Origin: Caulobacter sp.
Lineage (GTDB): Bacteria; Pseudomonadota; Alphaproteobacteria; Caulobacterales; Caulobacteraceae
Length of the DNA: 62,043 nt
NCBI GenBank assembly: GCA_044361705.1
Contig: JBIKII010000001.1
Coordinates: forward strand, 1 to 62,043
Direction: 5' to 3'
The notes below the pieces were generated by a model, which was not told where the DNA came from, ran no database searches, and saw only the letters and a list, made by a program, of their open reading frames with translations. Shown piece after piece: positions 61,598-62,043 of the stretch. Every line of letters begins with the position of its first letter. Position 1 is the first letter of the stretch. The position numbers and the translations under genes were made by a program.

Positions 61598-62043
61598 AGC
61601 TTCCGTCCGAGGGCTTCGGCGACGGTGAAGATGTCCTTGTCGCCCCGTCCGCACATGTTCATCACGATGATCCCGTCCTTGCCCAGCTCGCGGGCCAGGT
61701 CGCCGACCCGGGCCAGGGCGTGGGCCGGCTCGAGCGCGGGGATGATGCCCTCGAGTTCGGCGCAGAGCTTGAAGGCGGCCAGCGCCTCGTCGTCGGTGGC
61801 CGACAGGTACTGGGCGCGGCCTGCCTCGTGCAGGAAGCTGTGCTCCGGCCCGATGCCCGGATAGTCGAGGCCGGCCGAGATCGAATGGGCGTCGATGATC
61901 TGGCCGTCGTCGTCCTGCAGCAGGTAGGTCTTGTTGCCGTGCAGCACCCCCGGCCGCCCGCCGGTCAGCGAGGCGGCGTGAAGGCCGCTGGCGATGCCGT
62001 GGCCGGCCGCCTCGACCCCGATCAGGCGCACGCTCTCGTCGGC
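61594..62043 (-). CDS. trpB: Tryptophan synthase beta chain, 3' part (truncated by window edge)
   Basis: [39 protein letters not shown]. Confidence 0.96.
   Translation of the reverse strand, partial: ADESVRLIGVEAAGHGIASGLHAASLTGGRPGVLHGNKTYLLQDDDGQIIDAHSISAGLDYPGIGPEHSFLHEAGRAQYLSATDDEALAAFKLCAELEGIIPALEPAHALARVGDLARELGKDGIIVMNMCGRGDKDIFTVAEALGRKL

Overview
High-GC alphaproteobacterial chromosomal window, most likely from a Caulobacteraceae member (Phenylobacterium/Caulobacter-like). Support: a DivL pseudokinase with Tyr at the H-box, AddAB, GAAC-N7-GAAC SOS boxes and GANTC-rich promoters. It is mostly core genome: comM-gshB-yraN-rsmI, tnaA, zapE, sdhCDA-(creD)-sdhB, ferredoxin reductase/ferredoxin, divL, regBA-senC, phaZ, a class A PBP, recQ, dnaN-recF-gyrB, hrcA-grpE, rph, rdgB-hemW, mmsA, tsaE-amgK-murU-addB-addA-trxA and trpB-trpA-accD-folC. 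A few accessory genes (VapBC-like TA pair, SWIM protein, GNAT) and at least three families of short palindromic REP-like repeats are interspersed. I saw no rRNA, tRNA, CRISPR array, transposase or prophage. Best leads: (1) a near-identical palindromic operator (TGACG-N4-CGTCA) shared by the reductase/ferredoxin pair and an unlinked ferritin-like diiron gene, suggesting a split three-component oxygenase; (2) an unannotated 38-aa membrane peptide with its own promoter, operator, PhaR-like boxes and a 230-nt structured spacer ahead of a DUF2975/XRE pair; (3) an ORF directly in frame behind the dnaN UGA whose 5' part lacks a canonical start; (4) constant-length REP doublets with covarying stems; (5) two related repeats at apparent synteny breakpoints. 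All calls were made by eye from motifs and recalled family knowledge; no searches were run, and start codons are best guesses.
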